In this document: positions 55,934 through 64,000 of the stretch, piece after piece
Position numbering within the stretch: the first letter of the stretch is position 1
Layout of the letters: the number at the start of each line of letters is the position of its first letter
IMG/VR virus record: IMGVR_UViG_3300002461_000323
Coordinates: 1 to 64,000 of that record
From: a virus
Reading direction: 5' to 3' (one strand)
Length of the DNA: 64,000 nt
Notes under the pieces: model-generated
The model's database searches: none
Seen by the model: the letters and a program-made list of their open reading frames with translations, nothing else
Told to the model about the DNA's origin: nothing
Translations under genes and position numbers: made by a program

Positions 55934-58533
55934 TGGCTGACTACCACGTAGACCCGGCCACCGGGGTGGACACGAACACCGGGGCATCCTGGGCTCAGGC
56001 CTGGAAGACGCCGAACGGCCTGCGCGTGAACTCTGTGGTCATGGTCGCGGGCGACCGCCTGAAGTTCGCGAAGTCGGTGATGACGACCGGCAACACCGGG
56101 GATACCGTGCAGTTCCCGACGTTCACAGGCCAAGGCATCACGTTCTTCGGCAGTGCCGCCTGGACGTACATTTCTCGGCGCTCGACCACGGCCACGAACT
56201 TCCCGAGCCCACGGTACTTCAACGGCACCTGGCAGACATCGCTGACCTGGCAGTTCTTCACCGCGAACTTCTACCCGTTCGAAGGCAGGTCAACTACCGG
56301 GCTGTTCAACCCCCCGAGCCGTCGCCTGGCCTACCAGTTCGCTTCGAACCTGAACTTCAACGGTCTCCGCACGGTCTGGATGTGGTTCCGGGTGAGCGTG
56401 CCGTACACGGGAGCCGGGGACATCGACGTACCCCCTGGCACGTTCTCTATCCTGCTGTGTTCGGACGGCGCGGGACTGACCCCGTTGCTGACGATCCCGG
56501 TGGACGTGTGGATCAAGAACACCGGAGAGTGGGCGTGCGTGCGCTACGAGCATCCCGCTGACTTCACGACCCTCGGAGCGGTGAACTCGGTCGCCGTTCA
56601 CCGGACCGCCCAGACGTTGAACCGGGACAACACGGGGTTCGGCCTCACCTGGAGCCCGCTGCTGTTCGGGCGCACGGCCATCCAAGACCACTCCCTAGAC
56701 TACGTGTTCAAGGTGCCAGACGTTCGTCCTAGCCCGGCCATCCAACCGGACGCCGTGCTGGTCAACCCGTTCTGCCTGGCTGAGATAATGTACCCGGTGC
56801 ACGGGATGACCGGATCGAACATCGGGTACACGATCCCCACCCAGTACAGCGCAAGCAACACGTTGACGCTCGCCGACCGGTACACGGCCTTCCCAGTGCC
56901 TCCGTCGGGTCAGTACGGTCTCGGGTACGTGGGGGCCGCCAACTGGCCGTTCGCAGCCCCGACATCCACCGGCGCTTTCGACCTGAACGGCAGCGCGGGC
57001 GGCACCCTCGCTCAGCCGGTGACGCTGGAAGGTGGTTGGAACACCGCGACCGACGTCGTTGACGGGGCCACCGTGTACACCGGGCGCACACCCCAGGAGT
57101 ACGGGCACACGGCTGCGCTGTTCGACCTGCAGAACGCTGAGCACGTGGTGATCAAGAACATCGGTGCGATCTACGGGTTTGGACGGTTGATCGACCGCGC
57201 CAGGACGATCACGCTCGACCGCTGCCACCTGCCGTACTCTCACAGGGGCGGGGTGAACACGCTGCCGCCGTTGGGCACACCCAGCACTGCAATCAATTGC
57301 ACGATGAAGAACATGATGGTCCCGAACTACACGTTCGAGTACATCGGGGTGATCGGCAACCTCACGCTTCAGAACTTCTTTGCCAACACGTTCGAAGACC
57401 GCAGCCCTCTGCAGTACGTGGAGGTCGAGAACCTGGTGATGGACGCCGCGTACGTGGGCCGCCGCAACAACACGGACGTCTACACCTGGCACTTCTCTGT
57501 CCGTGGTGATGCCGAGCTTGCGAACACCACGATCATCTACCCCCCGAGGATCGTCAATCGGTCCAACTTCGGGCGCACGATGACCATCCGCAACCTCTGG
57601 ACATGGAGTCAGTACGTGTCTCAGGGCTACCGGCTGGTGCCGACACTCCCGGACAGCCGTTGGGACACGATCGTCTACCGTAACAACGGCAGCTACAACG
57701 GCGATTGGGCACCCGGCAGCACGACCCTGCCTGCCTCGTGTGACCGCAGGATCGAGTTCAGAGACAACACGAACAGCATCCTCGTGAACGATACGTTGCT
57801 GGGCAGCCAGTTCGCGAACACCGAGGCCGCGCAGTTGGTGGGCTCAGTCAAGACGCTGACAGCCGGGTTCTACTCGTTCTCCCTCGCCCCGAACAATAGC
57901 AGCACCGGCACCACCCCAGGCCTGCGGGCTTACTCGTATGCCTACCGGTTTCAGCTTGGCGGGAGCAATTTCTCCGATCGCTGGGCTCCTCTGGCGTCTA
58001 CCGAGCCATCGATCCCACAGGATGTGGACTTCGTGTTCGTGGGCTCAAACGCAGCGGCTATACTGCCCCGCAGTCCTGCCATCTTCTTCAGGTCGGCCCA
58101 AGACTACTTCCTGCTCGTCAGCTACTCTTCTGGCTACCCCGGCTCTGCGGTGGCGACCGCCTACGTTGAGGGCGGGAAGAACTACAAGTTCAAGCTCGGA
58201 TGCCAGTACCGCAACCTATCGATACAGAACAATGCCAGCGGTGCGCCTCCCTGGTACAACGTGTTCTCCGACAACTTTTCGTGCACTGAGCCGGTGGAGC
58301 ACTTCAAGATCGTGATCCGGGGTCCGGGCGTGGTCGCTGGCGTGGACCTGGTGATCCCGTACTTGGACGGCCCGTACAATGAGTTCTCGAACACCGCCCG
58401 CAACGACTGGCGTGATCTGGAGTTCCCGTTCTCGACAATCGCTGAGGGAGAGGTCACAATCTACCTGTATGCGACGTTGAGCAACAACAGCATCGCCGTG
58501 ATCATCGACAAGGCAGAAGTGGAGCTTGCATGA
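55933..58533 (+). CDS. tail fibre/receptor-binding protein 2 (paralog of 53258)
   Basis: 866 aa; YHVDPATGVDTNTGASWAQAWKT; shared internal GT...P....GG.N..T..VDG.T block. Confidence 0.7.
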   Translation: MADYHVDPATGVDTNTGASWAQAWKTPNGLRVNSVVMVAGDRLKFAKSVMTTGNTGDTVQFPTFTGQGITFFGSAAWTYISRRSTTATNFPSPRYFNGTWQTSLTWQFFTANFYPFEGRSTTGLFNPPSRRLAYQFASNLNFNGLRTVWMWFRVSVPYTGAGDIDVPPGTFSILLCSDGAGLTPLLTIPVDVWIKNTGEWACVRYEHPADFTTLGAVNSVAVHRTAQTLNRDNTGFGLTWSPLLFGRTAIQDHSLDYVFKVPDVRPSPAIQPDAVLVNPFCLAEIMYPVHGMTGSNIGYTIPTQYSASNTLTLADRYTAFPVPPSGQYGLGYVGAANWPFAAPTSTGAFDLNGSAGGTLAQPVTLEGGWNTATDVVDGATVYTGRTPQEYGHTAALFDLQNAEHVVIKNIGAIYGFGRLIDRARTITLDRCHLPYSHRGGVNTLPPLGTPSTAINCTMKNMMVPNYTFEYIGVIGNLTLQNFFANTFEDRSPLQYVEVENLVMDAAYVGRRNNTDVYTWHFSVRGDAELANTTIIYPPRIVNRSNFGRTMTIRNLWTWSQYVSQGYRLVPTLPDSRWDTIVYRNNGSYNGDWAPGSTTLPASCDRRIEFRDNTNSILVNDTLLGSQFANTEAAQLVGSVKTLTAGFYSFSLAPNNSSTGTTPGLRAYSYAYRFQLGGSNFSDRWAPLASTEPSIPQDVDFVFVGSNAAAILPRSPAIFFRSAQDYFLLVSYSSGYPGSAVATAYVEGGKNYKFKLGCQYRNLSIQNNASGAPPWYNVFSDNFSCTEPVEHFKIVIRGPGVVAGVDLVIPYLDGPYNEFSNTARNDWRDLEFPFSTIAEGEVTIYLYATLSNNSIAVIIDKAEVELA

Positions 58534-58724
58534 GCGAGAACAGAATACAGGCGCGTCCGGGCGCGAGCCTGAAGGTCACCGAGAAGGTGGTGGGGCTGGT
58601 CCCCGCACCTGCAGCCGTCGAGGCCCCGCCGAAAGAGCCCGAGGCGAAGAAGCCGAAGAAGCGGGTGATCGTGGGCTTCGACGCCGAACAGTTCAATAAC
58701 CGGAGAATCCTATGTCAGCGTTGA
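58530..58724 (+). CDS. hypothetical protein
   Basis: ATGA coupling; GGAG RBS; 64 aa. Confidence 0.45.
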   Translation: MSENRIQARPGASLKVTEKVVGLVPAPAAVEAPPKEPEAKKPKKRVIVGFDAEQFNNRRILCQR

Positions 58725-59155
58725 GCAACTACCTTGAGAACAAACTGATCGACGCGCTGTTTCGCAGCGTGCCGTTCACTGGGCCGACCACCGTGTACTT
58801 CGGGCTGTTCACTGGCAGTCCGACCGATGTCGGTGGCGGCACCGAGGTCACGGGCGGATCGTATGCACGAGTGGCCGTGGGCGCGAACTCCGGCAACTTC
58901 TCGGCCACCAACGCTCCAGATAGCACGAACAGTCCAAGCTCTGGTCAGTCCGGCACGTCGTACAACCTGGTGGACATCCAGTTTCCGGCACCTACAGCCA
59001 ACTGGGGGCTGATCGTCGCCATGGCTGTTTTCGATGCGCCCACGGGCGGTAACATGCTGGTGTACGGGGCGGTGACTCCGAACAAGACGATCAACAGCGG
59101 CGACCTGCCTCCGAAGTGGGCGATCGGCCAGTGGGCCTTGCAGTTGGACAACTGA
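58712..59155 (+). CDS. fibre-associated small structural protein
   Basis: MSALSNYLENKLID...GTEVTGGSYARV...FPAPTANWG...FDAPTGGN. Confidence 0.7.
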   Translation: MSALSNYLENKLIDALFRSVPFTGPTTVYFGLFTGSPTDVGGGTEVTGGSYARVAVGANSGNFSATNAPDSTNSPSSGQSGTSYNLVDIQFPAPTANWGLIVAMAVFDAPTGGNMLVYGAVTPNKTINSGDLPPKWAIGQWALQLDN

Positions 59156-59595
59156 TGGCCGCGCTAACGAACTTCGCTGAGTTGTCGCTCCTGAACTGGA
59201 TGTTTCGTGGGGCGGCCATGGCGTTCGCGGGCTCGACCGCAGGGGCAGGCTCAGGACCAGCCAACTTCTACGCCGGGCTGTTGACGGTCGCGGCCTCGGA
59301 CAGCAGCGCAGGCACGGAGGTGGTTGGCGGCTCGTACGCCCGGGCAGCGATCCCGAGTGTCAACGGAAGCTGGAACGTCAACGGGATCACCGGGATTGTC
59401 AGCAATGCCCAGGTCGTGGCGTTCCCGGCCCCGACAGCCAACTGGGGTACGTGCGTTGGCTTCGGCTTGTACGACAGCCCCACGGGCGGCAATCTGATCG
59501 CCTACAGCCTGTTGACCGAGAGCAAGGTCGTGAACTCCGGGGACGCAGCCCCAGACTTCTCCATCGGAGCACTCTCGTTCCAACTGGACGACTGA
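59155..59595 (+). CDS. fibre-associated small structural protein
   Basis: MAALTNFAE...GTEVVGGSYAR...FPAPTANWG...YDSPTGGN. Confidence 0.7.
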   Translation: MAALTNFAELSLLNWMFRGAAMAFAGSTAGAGSGPANFYAGLLTVAASDSSAGTEVVGGSYARAAIPSVNGSWNVNGITGIVSNAQVVAFPAPTANWGTCVGFGLYDSPTGGNLIAYSLLTESKVVNSGDAAPDFSIGALSFQLDD

Positions 59596-59606
59596 CCTGC
59601 AATTGA

Positions 59607-59635
59607 TTGCACGGTGGACAGCCGGGAGGTAGACT
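59607..59635 (+). promoter_or_regulatory. putative promoter overlapping the 14-bp palindrome
   Basis: TTGCAC-17-TAGACT in the intergenic gap. Confidence 0.55.
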
Positions 59636-59660
59636 CACGGCTACCGCACAAGGACCACCG

Positions 59661-59927
59661 ATGAAAGTCAAGAAGGACCCGAACGCAGTTCTGGATTACA
59701 CCTGGAACTGGAGCGCCTGGCTCGGGGCGGACACCATCTTGGCCGCGTCTTTCGAGACCACAGGCGGTCTGGTGGTTGATGCTCAGGTGGTCAACGGCCC
59801 TCTGGTCACCGCCTGGGTGTCGGGCGGGACCGCCGAAGAAGGCACGGTTACCTGCCGGATCACCACAGCCGGACTGCCTGCGCGGATCGACGACCGCACC
59901 CTGATTTTCCAGATCGTTCAGCGTTAA
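59661..59927 (+). CDS. putative fibre adaptor protein
   Basis: KDPNAVLDYTWNWSAWL...TAWVSGGT...CRITT...DRT; AAGGA RBS. Confidence 0.65.
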   Translation: MKVKKDPNAVLDYTWNWSAWLGADTILAASFETTGGLVVDAQVVNGPLVTAWVSGGTAEEGTVTCRITTAGLPARIDDRTLIFQIVQR

Positions 59928-59958
59928 ACTCTCACCCATCATCCACTAGGAGCACTCC

Positions 59959-60429
59959 ATGGCCGCCCTCTCGAACTTCCTCGAAAACAAACTGATCGAC
60001 TGGCTCCTGCGTGCGCAGGCAATCGGCATCACCGGCGCGTCTGCAGCCGCTGGCACCGGTCCCGTGAACGTCTGGGTCGGGCTGTTCACCGCCAACCCCA
60101 CGGACGCTGCTGGTGGTACGGAAGTCGCTGGCGGTTCGTACGCTCGCGTTCAGGTGACGTCTGCTCTCACCGCATGGGCGGGTACCCAGGCTGCTGCCTC
60201 GACCGTGGCATCCTCGGGCACTGGTGGCACGACCTCGAACAACAACCCGATCACCTTCCCAGCGCCAACCGCAAACTGGGGTGTGATCACCGGCTTCGGC
60301 CTGTTCGACGCAGTCACGGGCGGAAACCTGCTGATCTACGGCGCGATCACCCCGAACAAGACGGTGAACAACGGTGACGCGGCTCCTGCGTTCTCGGCTG
60401 CCCAGTTGAGCATCCAACTCGACGACTAA
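59959..60429 (+). CDS. fibre-associated small structural protein
   Basis: MAALSNFLENKLID...GTEVAGGSYARV...FPAPTANWG...FDAVTGGN; AGGAG RBS. Confidence 0.75.
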   Translation: MAALSNFLENKLIDWLLRAQAIGITGASAAAGTGPVNVWVGLFTANPTDAAGGTEVAGGSYARVQVTSALTAWAGTQAAASTVASSGTGGTTSNNNPITFPAPTANWGVITGFGLFDAVTGGNLLIYGAITPNKTVNNGDAAPAFSAAQLSIQLDD

Positions 60430-60501
60430 CCGGCTTGAGTCCCGTCCAGGCTTGTCTTGGCGGGCTCAGCCCGTGTTGAACAAGAACTGAACGGGACTCC
60501 C

Positions 60502-61317
60502 ATGGCAATCACCACACGCGACCAACTGATCAACGCTCTGGCGAACAACACGAGCCGGGTCGTCTGGGACAAGGCCTCGCTCGCCAACGCGGCGGCAGGC
60601 TTCGTCTTCAGTCTCTGGCGGGCGACCGGTACCCCTGGTCAAGGTGCGATCCCGACCACCGCTGCAACGTGCGTCAACGGCCTGCTCGGGTCCATTGGCT
60701 TCACCAACCAGACGCTACCGGTCACCAGCTATTACGCCTGGCAGACGGTCACTGGCGGTAACGCGACAGCCAACGTCGAAATCCACGACCGGCTTGCTCA
60801 CATGGGCGGTCTGAGCGGAATTGTCACCACCGCACAGGGCGCACTCAGCCTGATCACCAACGATCCCGGGGCTGATCGCCGTGGTGACGCCAACTATTCG
60901 GGCATTCAGTGGTGGCTGGAGTGGTACACGGATACCGGCGCAACCGCGTCCAACGCAACCGTGAACGTGACCTACGATGACGCGAGCACTGGTAACCTGG
61001 CGGTCATCGCCGTCGGCGGCACTGTGCGTGCTGGCCGGATGCTCCCGCTTATCTCGGCAGTCTCTGGCCGGTTCATTCGCTCGGTCAACAGCGTGACCCT
61101 GAGCGCGTCCACCGGCACCGCAGGCAACTTCGGCATCACCGCCACCCGTCCGCGTACGGCTGTCAGCACGTTGCTGGCGAACAAGACCGAGAACTACGAT
61201 TGGGCTCAGCTTGGCCTGCCTGAGATTCCGAACAACTCCTGCTTGCAGATGGTCATGCTGTGCTCGACCACGAGCACGGGCACGGTGCGTGGACAGGGCA
61301 AGATCGCACACGGGTAA
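60502..61317 (+). CDS. putative virion structural protein
   Basis: 271 aa, Ala/Thr/Gly-rich, in the fibre operon. Confidence 0.6.
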   Translation: MAITTRDQLINALANNTSRVVWDKASLANAAAGFVFSLWRATGTPGQGAIPTTAATCVNGLLGSIGFTNQTLPVTSYYAWQTVTGGNATANVEIHDRLAHMGGLSGIVTTAQGALSLITNDPGADRRGDANYSGIQWWLEWYTDTGATASNATVNVTYDDASTGNLAVIAVGGTVRAGRMLPLISAVSGRFIRSVNSVTLSASTGTAGNFGITATRPRTAVSTLLANKTENYDWAQLGLPEIPNNSCLQMVMLCSTTSTGTVRGQGKIAHG

Positions 61318-61320
61318 GGT

Positions 61321-62973
61321 ATGAGCGTAGAGAACGCCAACCGAGACCTACCTCGCGGCGTTCGCGGGGGCTCGGTCGCCTGGGACCTGGAGCAGTCCGG
61401 GACCTTACTGCAGGACGACTACTTTGCGTCGGTTCCTGCGGGTAACGACACGGCCCTCGTAGGCTCTGCCGTTGCCACGGCCACGACCACGGCCAGCCTG
61501 ACCACCGGCATCCGCCTGGGCAGTGCGGTAGCTGCTGTGGCGGCATCCAGCGGGGCGCTGACGACCAACATCCGCCTGCAATCAAGTGCATCGGCAACCT
61601 CAAGCGCATCCGCAGCCTTGAGCGTGGGCGTGGGGTTCACCGCCGCAGCGACCGCGAGTGCGACCGCCACAGGTAACCTGACGACCGCGATCTCCATGCA
61701 GGCGGCTGCTCAGGCCGTGGCGTCGGTCAACGCGGTGCTGCGAGTGGGTGTGGCGTTCACCGGGTCTGCCGTGGCGATCGCGAGCACCACCGCGAACTTG
61801 ACCGTGGGCGTGGTCTTCAACGGCTCGGCTGTGGCCTCGTCCACGACGACAGCCAGCCTGACCACCCAGATCAGCTTCGTCGGCAGTGCACAGGCTACGG
61901 CGACAACCACCGCTGAACTGACGGTCGCACCAGGCTTCAGTGCAGCCGCAACGGCGATTGCAAGCGCTATTGCCACGTTGGGCACGCAGATTCGTCTGCA
62001 AGCCAGCGTAGCCGCGACCGTGGTCTCCGGGGCTGTTCTGGCAACCCAAGTACGGCTGGTGACCTCGGCCCTCGGCGTTGCCAGCGCTTCCGGATCACTG
62101 ACGACCCAGGTACGGCTTGCATCTGCTGCGTTGGCAACTGCCACCAGCACTGCAGGCCTTCTTACTGCCATTCGATTGGTGGGCTCTGGCTCGGCAGCCT
62201 CGCTGTCCACTGGCTCGTTGCAGACCGCCATCAGCCTCGTTGGCTCTGCCCAGGCGCGGGCAACCGTCATCGCGTCGAATCTCCAGGTCGGCGAGAGCAT
62301 GCTCGCGTCGGTACAGGCGAAGGCGACCGCCTCCGGCAACCTAACAACCATCGTGCGTCTGGTGGGTTCAGCCCCGGCGATCTCCAGTGCATCGGGAGTG
62401 CTGCGGGTCGGAGCGCTCTTCACCTCCACGGCCACGGCCACTGCAGCCGCTACGGCCAACCTCACGGTCGCCACACGCTTCAACGGCACCGCCAGCGCGA
62501 CCGCCAGTGCCTCCGGCAACCTGACGACCTCTGTCCGGCTGGTGGGAGCGGCCACGGTCACCGCACTGGCATCCGGCGTAATCGCAGGTGCTGCTGCTGA
62601 ACTGCAATCGATTGCACAGGCTCGGGCAACCGCCACGGGTGTGCTCACGTCCCCAGTGGACCTGGCTGGACAGGCGGCAGCAACCTCGGTCGCCAGCGGT
62701 AGCCTGCAGACCTCCATCCAGTTGGCCGGTGTCGCGACCGCGACTGCCCGTGCTCAGGGCAGCCTGCCAGCGCCGTTCGTACCCAACCCTGATCGCATCT
62801 GGGTTATTCCGGCTGAAGATCGGACGCTCGAAATCTTGGCCGAGGACCGGACTACCGAAGTCCCGTATGAGGACCGTGTGATCGAAATCCCGTACGAACT
62901 GCGGGTTCTCGTGGTCCCGTACGAGGTGCGTACGCTGGTCGTTCAGGCGGACAAGGGCGGTCTGATCGTCTGA
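61321..62973 (+). CDS. Ala/Thr/Ser-rich repeat (filament/fibre scaffold-like) protein
   Basis: About 20-aa repeats like GSAVATATTTASLTTGIRL over most of its length; C-terminal 9-aa repeats xRxxxxxxE. Confidence 0.7.
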   Translation: MSVENANRDLPRGVRGGSVAWDLEQSGTLLQDDYFASVPAGNDTALVGSAVATATTTASLTTGIRLGSAVAAVAASSGALTTNIRLQSSASATSSASAALSVGVGFTAAATASATATGNLTTAISMQAAAQAVASVNAVLRVGVAFTGSAVAIASTTANLTVGVVFNGSAVASSTTTASLTTQISFVGSAQATATTTAELTVAPGFSAAATAIASAIATLGTQIRLQASVAATVVSGAVLATQVRLVTSALGVASASGSLTTQVRLASAALATATSTAGLLTAIRLVGSGSAASLSTGSLQTAISLVGSAQARATVIASNLQVGESMLASVQAKATASGNLTTIVRLVGSAPAISSASGVLRVGALFTSTATATAAATANLTVATRFNGTASATASASGNLTTSVRLVGAATVTALASGVIAGAAAELQSIAQARATATGVLTSPVDLAGQAAATSVASGSLQTSIQLAGVATATARAQGSLPAPFVPNPDRIWVIPAEDRTLEILAEDRTTEVPYEDRVIEIPYELRVLVVPYEVRTLVVQADKGGLIV

Positions 62974-63013
62974 TCGCGAGCTAGGTGCGGCGATAATCCC
63001 TGATCTTCAAGGA

Positions 63014-63340
63014 GTGGTCATGCGCAGAAAAGTTGTAGACACGATCGTCCCCTCGGGCGGCAACATCGTAACCGCCGATCTCAGTTCAGACGCCTACCAA
63101 CTGCTGGTCGTTCCTGTGGGAACGGTCACGGTCGAGCGATTCAACGCACGTGACGGGGTGGGCGCTCCGGTCGATCCCCAGCCTGTGAACGATCAGGGTG
63201 GCGCGACCCCGATGACCGGCATCGCAGCCGCCGCAACCGTGGCCCAGCGCACGGGCGTCGTCCCCTACCCAGGGTGCTCGGGCTTCAAGGTCTCAGCCGT
63301 AGGTGGTTCCTGCCGTGTGGTCATCTTCGGAGTCGAGTGA
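63014..63340 (+). CDS. hypothetical protein
   Basis: AAGGAG upstream; start likely ATG 63020. Confidence 0.6.
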   Translation: MVMRRKVVDTIVPSGGNIVTADLSSDAYQLLVVPVGTVTVERFNARDGVGAPVDPQPVNDQGGATPMTGIAAAATVAQRTGVVPYPGCSGFKVSAVGGSCRVVIFGVE

Positions 63341-63699
63341 TGACCGGAGAGCACGACCAGCAGCAGCACCCCACCCAACTTACTCCAGCCGAACTACGCA
63401 TCGTGAGCCTGCGACTTGAAGTACTCCATGGTGATGTTCAGGACATGAGGTCGGTCTTGAAAGACCTGACATCCGCGATCACCAAGCTGGCCCTCATCGA
63501 AGAGCGCCAGACGCAGGCTGGACAGGCTCAGGAGCGTGCGTTCACGGCCTTGGAGAAGGTTGAGTCCCGCTTGGCAGCCCTGGAAGCCGATCGGAAGTCG
63601 AACAACAAGGCGACCGAGTGGGTGGACAAGGTTCAGTGGCTGGCGCTCGGTGCGCTCGTCATGTACGTCCTCAAGTCAGTTGGAATCATCGGGAGTTGA
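63340..63699 (+). CDS. coiled-coil membrane-anchored protein (lysis-cassette, holin-like)
   Basis: TGATG coupling; coiled coil and C-terminal hydrophobic helix. Confidence 0.55.
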   Translation: MTGEHDQQQHPTQLTPAELRIVSLRLEVLHGDVQDMRSVLKDLTSAITKLALIEERQTQAGQAQERAFTALEKVESRLAALEADRKSNNKATEWVDKVQWLALGALVMYVLKSVGIIGS

Positions 63700-63701
63700 T
63701 C

Positions 63702-64000
63702 ATGGGAAACATTGAACGCTTGGCCGGGACGATCTCGGTCGAACTGCTGATCGCTGCGGTGGTCCTCGGGGTACTGTTCGCGTTCTTCGCTGGCATCCTC
63801 GTGTGGGCGCAAATCCGCAAGGGCAGCACGTTCGACGTCGGCAACTTCCTGCGGGATGACCAGGGCAAGGAAAGCTCTGGCCGGGCCTTCGGGTTCATCG
63901 CGTTGGCTGTTCACTGCTGGTGGGTGGTGACTCTCGTGTTCCAGAAAGAGGCGACGATCGACCACTTTCTGTGGTTCGGCATCATCTGGGCGGGCACGCC
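63702..64000 (+). CDS. multi-TM membrane protein, putative holin, 3'-truncated
   Basis: GGGAG RBS; MGNIERLAGTISVELLIAAVVLGVLFAFFAGILVWAQ...; open to window end. Confidence 0.55.
   Translation, partial: MGNIERLAGTISVELLIAAVVLGVLFAFFAGILVWAQIRKGSTFDVGNFLRDDQGKESSGRAFGFIALAVHCWWVVTLVFQKEATIDHFLWFGIIWAGT

Larger units (their letters stand above)
1800..62616. repeat. dispersed 14-bp palindrome YGCAATNNATTGCR (at least 33 copies including one-mismatch variants)
   Basis: Perfect GCAAT-NN-ATTGC core, 14-mer starts: 6718, 8501, 10621, 12810, 14424, 19361, 24126, 24489, 26649, 27790, 31118, 32739, 35145, 37570, 42587, 46921, 50809, 53135, 57288, 59598, 62603. One mismatch: 1800, 2940, 17300, 21061, 38568, 46483, 50644, 61577. 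Leader variant GCAATGGAGTGC: 5030, 7290, 11038, 15054. Found by eye; may be incomplete. Confidence 0.95.

Noticed and set aside
53258-58533. Diversity-generating retroelement acting on the fibre genes
   Set aside because: No reverse transcriptase and no template/variable repeat pair seen in the window
60432-60472. Intergenic hairpin after 59959 as an intrinsic terminator
   Set aside because: Imperfect stem and no U-tract; may be a processing or stability element but unsupported
1800-62616. Palindromes as CRISPR repeats, IS ends or REP elements
   Set aside because: Only 14 bp, kb-scale spacing, mostly intragenic, with no spacer array, transposase or shared flanks
1-64000. tRNA, rRNA, integrase/att site or classical repressor cassette
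   Set aside because: None recognised; intergenic gaps are short and mostly filled by promoters or terminators. Lifestyle cannot be settled from this window

Overview
A 64-kb segment of a GC-rich tailed dsDNA bacteriophage genome, probably a siphovirus, with essentially all real genes on the + strand. About 1-24.5 kb is an early/middle region driven by nine near-consensus sigma70 promoters. It carries many small hypothetical genes, ThyX, a DUF3310 protein, an amidoligase-like enzyme, an ATP-dependent DNA ligase, a Nudix hydrolase, HNH nucleases, a PPDK-like dikinase missing its pyruvate-binding domain, two CX5R phosphatases, and a family A DNA polymerase with an intein. About 24.5-64 kb is the morphogenesis region: portal, MuF-like protein, XkdF-like protease, scaffold, major capsid, neck, tail tube, frameshifted tail chaperone, tape measure, a large set of tail-tip/fibre genes with internal paralog families, and the start of a probable lysis cassette. 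I did not recognise a terminase, helicase/primase, integrase, tRNA or CRISPR array. Main observations: (1) a 14-bp palindrome YGCAATNNATTGCR occurs about every 2 kb across the window, inside genes in all three frames and over promoters and ribosome-binding sites; (2) the polymerase intein's endonuclease slot holds an HNH-like gene in the +1 frame while the intein frame stays open; (3) a truncated dikinase lies near two phosphatases and a probable regulator; (4) several insertions duplicate or recode the ends of neighbouring genes. All family assignments come from motif recognition by eye; no database search was run.
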